From assembly GCF_006345805.1 (NCBI RefSeq), contig NC_043005.1, positions 95,542,001 to 95,606,000 of the forward strand: a stretch of 64,000 bases of DNA, given 5' to 3'. Shown here piece by piece: positions 10,946-24,138 of this stretch (positions are counted from its first letter, which is position 1; the number at the start of each line of letters is the position of its first letter). This DNA is from Octopus sinensis. Its lineage: Eukaryota. The position numbers and the translations under genes were made by a program. The notes under the pieces are model-generated. The model saw only the letters and a list, made by a program, of their open reading frames with translations. It was not told where the DNA came from and did not search any database.

Positions 10946-13544
10946 TGTATATATATATATATATAATGTTTATATACGTATATATGCATATATATTATAC
11001 CTATATATATTTATAATGTCTTATTAACACACACACATATAATGTCGCCCGTTCATTTCCACTCTGACCAACTTTCTGTCCTTGTGTTGACTCCTGTGAA
11101 CTTTATTTCTCTCTGTGTTGGACACAAGCCCGAATTAGAAGACCAACAGTGGTGTCATAATGGTTATTACCGACCAGTCACTAATTAACTTGAATTAATG
11201 TCATTAACTCCTGCGTAGTTAAATAGAGTTGCTATTTAGCCCCAGGTCAACTCCAGTTTACTCCAACTTATCCCACTGTTGGCGTAGCTCTTTCTTCACC
11301 CCTACCTGTCTCGTTCTCGATGTTTTGATGGGTCAAGAGGCACCTAAAGCAGCAGTCAGCTAAAGCATGATTTAAACTACTAGATCAAACTAGCTTGCCA
11401 GTGACAGCTAAGCAAAGGAGGCTCAAATCCCCTAAACAATTAATCTTTGCTAACATAGGCACATGACCACCAGTATAGTAGAGGTGTCGGTCGATTCCGA
11501 AATGATGAAAGGCAAAGTTGACCAGCAATGGCATTCAAACTCAGTACGTGAAAATCCGTCACTAAATACCCGTAAAGACAAGGCGAACAATTCCATCAAT
11601 CCACTGTCGAAACTGTCTTCATAATTGATGCAGTTCAAAACTAGGTGGTGTTCCAATGGTAAAATTTATTATTATTCATTGGTATTCAACTATATCAGCT
11701 TTGAGTTCAAACTCAGGTGGTTCTCTGATGTTAAGCGGAACAAGCTCTAAATCATAACGTGGAGGCGCGTGGGTTAGTGGTTAGGTTGTCAGCATCATGA
11801 TCAGAAGATTGTGGTTTCGATTCCTGGACCGGGCGATGCGTTGTGTTCTTGAGAAAAACACTTCATTTTACGTTGCTCCAGTCCACTCAGCTGGCAAAAA
11901 TGAGTAACACTGCGATTGACTGGCGTCCCGTCCAGCTGGGGAACACATACACCATAGAAACCTCTAAATCACAAGCTAGGAAAACAGACAGACGAGAAAA
12001 CAGATTTGGCTAGAGAAAGAAATAAAAAAAAAGAGACGAAGACTTGGCTGACTTAATAATTAATTCCACCACCAACAACAATAACAACAGAATATCAAAT
12101 GACTAATTACTCCCACTCTTTCCATTTATTCCCAGCTGCTCTTCCATTATTTGAGTATAAAAAAGTAATTACGTCGGTTTAAGTTTCATAATATATCTTA
12201 CATATAGAAAGACCAGATGTCTTATTTTTAGTTGACCCAGTCAATAATGAGGTTGTATTAATTAAAAGAATAAGCGCAACTTTCTCTTCTTTTATTGTTG
12301 TATAAGACTATACATTAGCTAACAATAAGTTTTTTGTTTTGTTGTTGTTGTTATGTCAAAGGAAGTGGGGCGCATTACTTCCCAATTTGTTGAAGATAGA
12401 AATTCAGTGTTTTGAAGCTTAAAAATCCTTAACCGTTTTATCTAGATTAGAGATTTATTTGAAAAGATTACAGATGTGATTAAACATTGTAGGCTCGAAA
12501 CACCAAAGACTTTCATCTTTCCTGAGCGTCAGACTTACGACACCTTGAATGCTGTTTCCTCACCTGTCTGTCTTTTGTTGTTGTTTTTATCTCTTTCCTC
12601 TTCGTAAATTTTGAACCATATATATGGGTTTGTGTGTGTGTTTATATAATCTCGCCATATGAGGAAGGATTTGCATATCATGTTAATTGCTTCTTCTCTT
12701 CTTTTTTTTCTTTTCTTTTTGCATGTTTAAATGAAGAAAAATCTGCAGTCGGCCATAGATGAAAAAAAAAAAGGGAAACATAAGAGAGTTATTTTATCTG
12801 AAATTTACTGGTCAAGTGGAGGAACAGGCAACTGTTACAACAGTAATACTTTAAAAAAGAGGCCCGGGGTGGTGGCAGGAATGGTTCTGTGATTAAGAAG
12901 CTCGCTTTGCAACAACGTGGTTTCGAGTTCAGTCCTTCTGCGTGGCACCTTGGGCAAATGTTTTCTACTATAGCAACCGGCCGACCGTTGGGTAAATTTG
13001 GTTTGCGGAAACTGTGTAGATGCCCGTCGTATATATATATATATTATGATAATAGGGAGTAATATTGAAGATTGGCTATAGTTTTAAATCGAATTTATTT
13101 CAATTGAATTTAAACTTAATTGTAATTCGAATTTAATTGTAGCCATGAAACGTACGTAGTTTTTTTACTTATTATATATTGACCATTCATTTTTATACTC
13201 TTTGAGATCTGGTTATATGTTTTATAAAAATATATATTATTTGTAATTTATGTTTTGGTTTATGTCTATCACTGTTTGAGTTGCATAATAGTGATTTTAT
13301 CTCTAATTTATATTTTATGTGTGTGTGTGTTGTATGATTTTGTGTTTGTCTCTCCCACCACCTCTTGACAACCGTTATTGGTTTGTTTACATCCCTGTAA
13401 GTCAGCGGTTCGGTGATATACTTTGCAACTTCCACATCTCGTTGAAATAGTAGCTGAGATTCTTTATTAGATATAAGACCAGTATCAGTAATAATAGTTG
13501 GAGAATGTCGCTTGCTTTTCTACCTTATTTCTTTCTTCTGCTTT

Positions 13545-13700
13545 TCACGTTGCAATTCTTAATGTGTAAGGTTACAATGAACAAGAAAGGTGTGAGTATG
13601 ACACCTTGTTGTACTTCTGCTGGGATCTCAATGATGTCTCGGTCGAATTCAGAATTGAGTTAACATGATGTGTCTTCTTTTCACTTGGTTGGTGTCTCTG
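13545..13700 (-). mobile_element. Highly degraded LINE (RTE-like) reverse transcriptase fragment
   Basis: Minus-strand frame DIIEIPAEVQQGVILTPFLFIVTL resembles the RT motif F.I.AGVLQGD.L.P.LFII.L. Surrounding frames are broken. Confidence 0.4.
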
Positions 13701-14429
13701 GCTCATCGTCGAAATGTATCTTCGTTGTGTCTTTCTGTAAGTAATTTTTTGGCCATTGTTCGGATGAACTTTCTGATCTGTTACACTCTCTTTCTCAAGG
13801 CCTTTAAACATGTCGCTCGCTCCTCATTCCAGACACATCGTTTCGCTGTTGAACTCTCGTATTCTAATGGTTTCTTCCCTTGAAGTCCTGCTCTCTGGAA
13901 CTCTGCTGTTGAGTTTGCTTTTAGTTATAAATCCTTTTAGTCAAATAACTCCTTTCCTTGAATTGCTACTTTCTGAAACTCACTACCATCGTCCTGTTTT
14001 CCTCTTGTCTATGATATTCAGGCCTTTCCGTTTTCTGTCAATCAACATCTTTTGAATTAGTGCGCCCCTTTTTGTATTCCCTAACGTTACCGTAGTCTCT
14101 CAATCCTTTTTTGGAACAAATCGTTAAAAAAAAAATAACAGCTTTTGGGATCTGATCATTGATGCCTTCAATAAGACTTTGTACTGCAAGATTTTTTGCT
14201 CGAAAACCATTTTGGATGATTTTTGGTAATGAATCTATATAGAGGGCGTATTCTTACAAGCAACATTTTGTAGAGCATGTGTGTGTGTATACATATACAC
14301 ATACCATCAATAGGCCTTATATACATTATATATAAGCTCGAGACCCTTCCAAGATAGCCTAAATTTAAATTAAATCTTATTAAAAAAACAAACCACTTTT
14401 GTAGTCCCTTAGATTCCTATTACCCGTGA

Positions 14430-14486
<57 letters not shown>

Positions 14487-15127
14487 TTTACTTGGTAGAT
14501 AGATAGAAACAGAGATGAACTGGAGTAGACAAGCTAACAGGCAAAAATAGACAGATAGATAGAGCGGTAGGTAGATTGATTGATTGCTTTTATCAAATGT
14601 TAGATTCCATTGTTTCTACATCACCATTGTAACATTTGCATATATCACCACACTCCCATTAAATACACACACGCACTACTTCCACCACTACCACCAATAA
14701 CAAAAACAATTGTAATGAGGCTAAACTGAAAGTTGCAAGTGCACTGTAGCGGCGATTTGAAGCAAACGACAATAGCGTAACGTCTATAATTTTCCTTTTG
14801 TTTTTGTATGTTTATTTTCGGTTTTATCAGTAGAAATTACAAGTCACTTCGAAAGGTCAGTTGCCGATGACAACAATACATTGTCGCCATATTCTACTCA
14901 AGATGTCTCTTCATTTTATCCGTGAAAATATGTGCCAATATATCTATATATATATAGATATATATACTCTTTTACTTGTTTCAGTCATGTGACTGTGGCC
15001 ATGCTGGAGCGCCGCCTTTAGTCAAGCAAATCGACCCCAGGACTTATTCTTTGGAAGCCTAGTACTTATTCTATCGGTCTCTTTTGCCGAACCGCTAAGT
15101 TACGGGGACGTAAGCACACCAGCATCG

Positions 15128-15193
<66 letters not shown>

Positions 15194-15309
15194 CTCTCAC
15201 ACACAAGTTTCCATGTCTTTGTCACGACTTCCTTGGTGTCCCCTAGTACGGGTGACTGCCCGAGTTGCCGGTACCTTGGGCCGGCCCTGCATAGTGTACT
15301 TAAGTTTAC

Positions 15310-15799
15310 ATACACATATGATGACATACGGTACCTTCCTTTCACTTTCAATCTGTGGTGTTTGTTTCTGTTTGCCCGCCATAATATATGTACACGCTTC
15401 GAAAGATTGTTTTAAAGATTGATGAATATTCCTTTTATCTCTTTTATTATTTTCCTGTTGGTCACTGAACAAAGAACCTGATATAATTCTCATCCTAAGC
15501 TGCCCACCCCCACAGAAAAAAAAGTAGGCCTTTATATATGTATGTATGTATGTATGTATATATTCACTGTGAAACCAGGCCTACTTTTTTTTTCTGTGGG
15601 GGTGGGCAGCTTAGGATGAGAATTATATCAGGTTCTTTGTTCAGTGACCAACAGGAAAATAATAAAAGAGATAAAAGGAATATTCATCAATCTTTAAAAC
15701 AATCTTTCGAAGCGTGTACATATATTATGGCGGGCAAACAGAAACAAATACCACAGATTGAAAGTGAAAGGAAGGTACCGTATGTCATCATATGTGTAT
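15310..15799. repeat. Near-perfect inverted duplication (222/223-bp arms, 45-bp spacer)
   Basis: 15310-15531 is the reverse complement of 15577-15799 except one substitution and an A8/T9 homopolymer difference. The ORF track shows the same peptide on both strands. Confidence 0.97.
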
Positions 15800-16156
15800 A
15801 TGTAAATATATATACATCATATGTGTATGTATATATATACATTTTTTCAATCAATATATCCCTCTTTATTTGTTCTCTACTTATTATTTCCTTACTCCTT
15901 CTCTTTCTAGTATCTGCCTTTGATGTCGAATCTACTAAAGGTTTTTTAAAATACTCAATAACGTTCTGTTTATCATTTAGGCAGTCATCAAAATTGTTAT
16001 AATGTCTTGTTGTTGGGATAGGCTCTCTTTCTTTCCTGATGAGAAGATTGCATTTTACACCGTTTATTCCTTTGGAATAAAACCAATGTTGTCTTCGAAA
16101 CATATGTTGAAAGTAAAAGAATTTGAATAGCATCTGCGTTCTACTCCATTTATTTA

Positions 16157-16192
<36 letters not shown>

Positions 16193-16195
<3 letters not shown>

Positions 16196-16540
16196 TCTTT
16201 TACTTGTTTCAGTCATTTGACTGTGGCCATACTGGAGCACCACTTTTAGTCGAGCAAATCGACCCCAGGACTTATTCTTTGTAAACCTAGTACTTATTCT
16301 ATCGGTCTCTTATGCCGAACCGCTAAGTTACGGGGACGTAAACACACCAGCATCTGTTGTCAAGCGATGTTGGGAGGACAGACACACAAACATCTACACA
16401 CACACACATACGACGGGCTTCTTTCAGTTTCCGTCTACCAAATCCACTCACGGGGCTTTGGTCGGCCCGAGGCTATAGTGGAAGACACTTGCCCAAGGTG
16501 CCACGTAGTGGGACTGAACCCTGAAAACACAGCCACTCCT
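16193..16540 (-). mobile_element. tRNA-derived SINE, family B
   Basis: Reverse complement of aggagtggctgtg...cccactacgtggcaccttgggcaagtgtcttc...ccagtatggccacagtcaaatgactgaaacaagtaaaaga; CpGs retained. Confidence 0.9.
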
Positions 16541-19500
16541 ACACACACACACACTCATATACATACATATATATATATTTATACATATGTATATACATCT
16601 ATATATGTACTTATAAAAAGATAGATAGATACTTATGTACATACGCATACATACACACATAATATACTCCAACAGATATTGTTTAGCAGTCAATTGTGTA
16701 CTTGTTATGTAAAGGAAACCTAGTCACAAGTTTTAGTTTTCAATAGGTTTATTTGACTTCGTGTAGGCGATGAAGTCACAGAATTGTTAGACTGACAGAT
16801 AAAATGTTCTTAGTGTATTTGTTCTGCCTCTCTAACATTTTCCGTTCAGATCCTCACCATGTTAACTTTGATTTTTCATCTTTCTCGTGTTAATGAATTG
16901 AGTATAGGTCCGATACAGCAGTCAATAATACTTTTTTCTTTTTCTCAGAATCGATTACTTTGTGTTGAGAAAAGGTGTATGACAAACCACCTACAGCCCA
17001 CCTTTCTCTAGATTCAGAGAATGTCTGAGCTAACAACCTTTTTTCTCAGACAGATAAAATTTTAAATTATGCTGTTGGAACTGCACAAGAACAGGTTGAT
17101 ATACATGCACTTTAGAATTGAAAGAAAGAAATAGCTTTGCCATTACTCTCATCAGCTGTTTGAGGAGGATGGAATAAGCAAATGACTGTTATTGTTATAT
17201 AACAACTCTCATTGCTGAAAAAGGCTTTCAAAGTGAAACTGTACGAAGTATGACATCCTAAATGTGAAACAAAAAGACAGGATGGTTATGATTGGAATGC
17301 CTTTAGTCCTAAGTCTGTTCCATCAGAGCCACTCTTGGGCTAAATAACAACATACGTACATGACTCTGTATAAGTTGCATGCTTTTTATATGTGATATCA
17401 AGTTTGAATATGAAGAGAAAAAAATATTCTACCAAGACTGAATACTGAAACAGGAGTGCTACTTAAACACAGTAAATATGGTATGCATTTATTTATAAGC
17501 TATGCTCTAGATACTGTAGTAATTAATTCTGTATAGTTTATAACCTTAGAGCTGGCTTTTAGAAGCATTAATTTAGCTACCAGACTTTGTCAGCTTTGTG
17601 CAGTCTCCGATTCTTCCTAAACGAATCAAATTCAGCTTACTTGATACTTTAAAAAGAAGGGGAAAAAATCTATGGTTTAATAGATTAAGTAGTTCTGAAC
17701 CTGTTATACGTGATACTCTTAAAAAGTGAGTATTTTTTTAAAATGTATTTTTTAAAAAAGAAAGAATAGAAATTGGTGATGCAAAATGATTTCATAGTAA
17801 ATCATTTGAGAACTACTTAAATACAGGAAAACAAAATTATATCATACTTGTAATCATTCTTGATACTCCAAATAAAATAATGCAAAATTGAAAACTTGTA
17901 GGAGTTCTAGGGAATTCCTGTTACAACTAAGCAACATTATTTCCATGGAAACAATTATATTTTTTGATGGCTGCTGTAGAAATTCTGAAACTTGTATGTG
18001 TATAGATACATATAAAATAATAATAATTTCAAATTTTGAGCTAAGTCAATTACATCAACCTCAGTGCTCAACTGGTACTCATTTTATCAACCACAAAAGG
18101 ACTGAAGGCAAAGCTGGCCTCAACAGAATTTGAACTCAGAATGTAAAGACAGACAAAATGCTGCTAAGCATTTTGCCCATCGTGCTAACGATTCTGCCAT
18201 CTCACCATCTTAATAATAATGATAATGATAATAATCATAAAATCTGACACAGAAAGACAATTGGAATATCTGGAAAACACACACGTAATATATGTGGGCA
18301 TGCTCAAATCCTTCTTCAGTTATTGGCCAAATATCGGAAGAATGTTGACACCTACAATAATATGTATATATATATGTATAGCATAAAACTTACTTGGAAA
18401 AGGATGTGTGGCATTCGATCATATAATGGTATAAATAATATATAAATATATGCATCATACCTACATATATATGTATATATACATACATATATGGGTACAA
18501 AATATAAAAAAAACGTTGAACACAATGAGAAACGAAAACATAAAAAAAAACATAGAAACAAACTTTTTTTCAAACAACGAAAAAAACAGAGAAACAAGAC
18601 ATTCAACACAAGGAATATTCCCCTTCTTCAGTTGTCCCTGTTTCATCTACTCCACGTTTTCCCTGGATTGTTAACCAGCATTGTGTGTGTGTAAGAGAGA
18701 TAAAATATGTGTATGTACATAGGTATGCACATATATGTGTGTATGTATGTGAGAAAATATGTGTATGTATATACATGTATATGTTTATTATGTATATTGG
18801 TATACAAGTGTGTTTATGTAAAAAAGAATATAATTTTCTTATATCAAACATACTTTACCCTTAAAAAAAAAACTGAAAGAAAAAGACTTATTAAAATAAT
18901 TATATTTGTATATATTGATAACTTATGTGTTGAAGTCGTGTAAACAACAAATTCCAGATCTTTTCCGTTTGGTTGCCAGCATTTCAAAAATCAAAGTTTA
19001 TCCAAATTTTTGAAATTTGGTACATTAATGTACTTTTTCAAGCTGAATTGCTGGAGTTATTTAACTTTTTCCAGAAAAATGTTTTTAAAAAGTTTTACAG
19101 GTTTAAAGTTTGATCATTTTAACCCAGTCAGGAAACAGGATTTGGAAGCTGTCATTTTGTGCGTGTCTGCACATTTTGTTGTCAGCATCCTGAAAATAGC
19201 ACCGGTTGTCAGCATTTGTATTCTACATATAGAAAAGGAGTTAACAACACGTCTTTTGTAACTTCAATATGCATTTAATGTAATAGTACGAACTTAAAAA
19301 GATTTATCCAAAAGCGTTATTTACCTTTTAGTTTTAGCACACCTCACAACCACCTCAATGGCAAGAAGAAGAAGAAAGAGTAAACAACATGTCTTTTATA
19401 GTTTTAAGCATTCAGGATGCATTTAATGCAACAGCATGAATTAAAAAGATTTATCTAAAAACAATATAGCACATTACATATTAAACATTTTTAAAAAAGA

Positions 19501-21214
19501 CAAACATTTTATTGACCATTTCATTGAAAATGAAAGTTTGAGATGCATTCCATCAATTTCTTGAAAAAGATCAAAATTTTCATATCTCCTGTGCCACATA
19601 AATTCACATTCTCAATTGTCAACTGTTAGGTTGACAAGTGGTTTCAATATATTTGTCAAATTTGCTTTCTTGTAGACAAAAGAGTTCTCATGTTCCGCTT
19701 GTTACTATGAAAACAGGCATGAATGTCTGTGGCTTACGATTGTCTAAAATTACCCAAAATTTTCAAACTTTAATTGCCAGTACCTCTTTATTTATTGATT
19801 TATAGCGAAAATGATTTTCATGCCATTCATTAGCCTATAAAAGCATATCATTACACTGAATATGAAATCAATTTGAACAGGAATCGATGTTGGCAGGCAA
19901 ACAGAAAAGACCCCAAACTCCAATCACAAGCCAATGAGAAAGTTTGTACATGTTCATTGGCTCTAGTAGAAACAGCAACCAAATATCCTTGAAAATCACA
20001 CTTTAATGGCATTTTCAATCAGGATAGAACACATTTGACAACATATCGTTTGATGTAGTTATAATATGCCTACAAAGATGAGATGGTCACAGTTGGCCTT
20101 TCTTTTTATTATGAATTTGTTTGATCTGTGCTGACTTGGGCATAGACAAATAACCCCTGCTACTTTATATCCCCAACTACATGAACTTGAAGTCCACCAT
20201 TCAAAGGGAATGCTTCAAGCCACATAGCACTTCTGGCAGCTTCTAGAATGTTATCCGACCAATCGTTCAGCTCCATAGGTTGAGTCGATTGTGATACAAT
20301 CAACTCAACTGGCAGCAATTCTGAAAATACTTGTAGAATCTCTTTGAATTACATTCAAATTTCTATTAGAATACAACCAAATCTCTATAGAATCACTCAT
20401 TATTTATTATTCCTAACTGTAAAAGAAAAAGAAAATAAAAAACATAGAACAGCAGCTTTTGTATTCAATAACCATCTGGTGTTTTTTCTAAAACTTTCTA
20501 TGGAAATGTCCATTCACAATACTAGTTTTTAAACCTACAGCTTGAATAGTAAATTAGATGGAAATATTGGTATTGAATACGCTGGAAACTCAATTGTAAA
20601 AACTGACCAGAAATTACTAAAAAAATATAGGATTTCTTTTTCTCTTCTTTTTCTTTTTTTACCATTTTTTTTCTCCATTTTTGTTTTTGTTTCAATACTT
20701 TTCTTTTATCCATTCTTTTTCATGTTTCCCTCTCTCTCTCTCTCTCTTGCAGTTTTCTTTTTCTCTCTTCCTCTTATTTATTCCTATTCTTTTATTAGTT
20801 AATCTATGTTTGTTTCTCTTGCCCATGAAAATCTATTTCATATACACGAGAGAGTGAAAGAGAGAGAGAGAGAGGGAGAGAAACAGATAGAGACAGACAG
20901 ACACAAAGCTGTCATGTAATTTATATCTCTGCCTCTTTTTCTGCCTTATCTTTTTTTATTATTACATAATCAACTTGAACAGTTGTACATTTGTGGTCAT
21001 CGACTACACTTTGAATTGTTAACATTTAAGTGTTCATAACCAGTCAATATCCAGATTAATTTACCTGTCCTTTACAGCTCGTTAACCTAACCAGTGAACA
21101 AAAGTCGAATACATATCATGTACTAATATATATATATTGCAAGTTTGTTGCTATATGTGTATATGTTTATGCACACATGCATCCATTAGTATCTATGTAT
21201 AGTTATAGCCAATA

Positions 21215-21604
21215 CTAGTAGTATCACCCAGCGTTGCTCGGGTTTGTTTCGACCCTTTAGAATTGGAATTTTTGAAAAGTAAAAATTTTGCATTATGTAG
21301 CTTGTTATTCTCTTTAAGTGAACATTTTTCTGGTTGAAATACACCAAAAATTGGCGACACAGCAGTCAAAAAATTGTAAAACGTAAGGGATTTTCAAAGA
21401 AAAAAGCACCTTTTTGATGTAAATAATTTTTGGTGTTAACATGGTCCAATTTGAATTTTATCTTCTAAGGAATGAAGAGCAAGCCTTCTTCTATCATACT
21501 CTCAATTTTGGTCAACTTGTGCTGCAGGGTCTCGGAGGAGATAGCGTTAGTTGAAGGCTACCAAACCTGCCATACACAGACAACTTCAGCTTTACATATA
21601 TAGA
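21215..21604 (-). mobile_element. Non-autonomous Helitron-type element, copy 2
   Basis: Colinear with 7655-8044; TC...CTAG termini, A|T insertion site. Confidence 0.85.
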
Positions 21605-22685
21605 TAATGTTGGTTGGTTGATTTCTCCAGTAAGATACACAGCATTATGATTATTTCCCTGCATACGAGTTGAATTTTTCTGACCATAATTATAATCTAC
21701 AGCCAAGAATAGTCTGGTCAACTTATTCCCCAAGATGACTTTGGGGGACCAAAACTTCCATTGGAAATGTGACAGGATTTGGAAAGAGGGTGATGATGTT
21801 GGGATATTTACTCTACACGTTTACTCTATATACAATGTTGACTTGTACGCTGTAAAATATGATAACTTCAAGGGTGCAGGGTGAGTGCAGCCTCTAAGTG
21901 TAACCTTGGTGACAGGCAATTAGTAAAGGAACACTATACACACATACTGAGAAAGACAGAATCATGGAGACAAGAGAGAGTGGAGGAGAGAGTGAGAGAG
22001 AGTAAACACCAGAGTAGTTTTAGCAAGAATTATACATGGCCACAGCTCATAAGCTGAAACTGGAATCAATCAATCAATCAATCAAGTGAAAAATTTGTTC
22101 TGTTTAATTTTATTGTAAAGCAATAATTGGTTTTCCTTTCAAAATTAGTATTCATTTCATTATTTTGTATATGAACGATGTAATGTGATGAAAGTTAAAT
22201 TTTAATTATTTCTATGTCTGCTATATTTCCAATGTTATCATCATAATGACAGTAACACTCTTATGTGTGTTGTAAGTATGTATATAATATATATCTATAT
22301 ATATTATATATATGTGTATATATATATCAATATAAATAATGTAACACTTTACTCTTTACGCATTTACTTGCTTCAATCATTTGACTGTGGCCAGGCTGCA
22401 GCACCGCCTTTAGTCAAGCAAATCGACCTCAGGATTTATTCTTTGTTAGCCTAGTACTTATTCTATTGGTCTCTTAAACACACACACACATATACATACA
22501 TATATACAACGGGCTTCTTTCAGTTTCCGTCTACCAAATTCAATCACAAGGCTTTAGTTGGCCCAAGGATATAGTAGAAAACACTTGCCCAAGTGGGACT
22601 GAACTTGGAACCATGTGGTTCTTAAGCAAGCTACTTACCACACAGCCACTTCTACCCTGTATATATATATATAATACATATATAT

Positions 22686-22731
<46 letters not shown>

Positions 22732-22802
22732 ATATATATACAGGGTAGAAGCCACTTCTACCCTGTATATATATATATAAATACATATATATATATATAT
22801 AT

Positions 22803-22845
<43 letters not shown>

Positions 22846-24096
22846 ATACACACACAATGAGACTGAACCTAAAAGGATGGAGTTGCAAGTGAACTTCTTA
22901 ACCGCTCCTAAAGGGCAGCAATAGTATAAGTAAACCTGATCAACCAAGAATTGAAACCAGGTCCCACTTGCAACATACAGCTCCGTTGCTGCTGTTGCTT
23001 AACCCTCTTTCATCCCTGTCTGTGCAATGATGAAAGGTATTCCAGCTATGACTCCCCCCCCCCCGCCATCCTTTTATCTGGCATTGCATATCTAGGATTA
23101 CATTACCCAATATATCCTGACTGTTATTTCTTGCAAACTGAGCAACAACTACTTAGTGGTTCCCTGTGGTTCCCTGTGGTTCTCCACCCACCCCCCTTTG
23201 CTGAAACGAAGTAGAAATGTAGAAAAGGGGTTAAGATGATGGAAACTGGAGAGGCATGGGTGTGGTATCCCTCAACTTCCCACTTCCTGTCCCCTCCAAA
23301 ATTCCTAAGTTTCAAGCCTTTATAAAGAAACAATTCTAGTCAGGTGAACCGGAAGCGCCATTTTTTGCTTTTCTCCCATGGCTCTCCACCACCCAGACAA
23401 ACTTTCTTCCTCCTGAAGCCATCTGTGATCTTAAGTATTTCAGTAATTCATTACTCACCATAAAGCACCATCACTACTAAGCCACCAACTACATCAGATC
23501 CCTGAACCAACACCACCACATCGCTACCACCACTGACAACACCACTACAACCAATCCTGAAGGTTGCAGATGGTTTCATACAAGCAAGGTTATAAAAAAA
23601 AAATGTCATTTAATCAATATTCTCCTTTTTGTCTGCTACAAATGGGAGAAAGCAGAAAGAAAAAAAATTATACAATGTCAGTTACTGGTAAACTGCAGAG
23701 GATCATGTGGGGTTTAGGTTTATTTTAGAGCAGCCCTTTTAAATTAAATGTTACAAAAACTACATGTGTGTGTGTGTGAGTAGATATTGATATGTATATA
23801 TGTGTATATATGTATATATATATATTTGTGTGTGTGTGTGTTCATATATATATATATATATACTCATGTGCGTGTGTGTGTAAAATAGATAAATAAGAAG
23901 TGAGTAGAAAGTGTATTTTTTGCCAAATTCTTAACTAGATGACACAGAGTGTTCCTTACAGATGTGATCACATGTCGTGAATATCTACATTACAGACGAG
24001 ATCACATGTCGTGAGTAAACACAGATGCTATGAAGTAGGTCACCACATAATAACAACACTCTCTAGAGAATTATTTTCATTTTGTGTGTGTGTATA

Positions 24097-24138
<42 letters not shown>

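Noticed and set aside
15538-16133. ORFs of 154 aa (+) and 148 aa (-) around the inverted duplication
   Set aside because: Largely produced by the duplicated arm and microsatellites; no recognisable homology.
19241-19462. Diverged ~75-bp direct repeat 140 bp apart
   Set aside because: Old AT-rich duplication, probably transposon interior; nothing suggests function.
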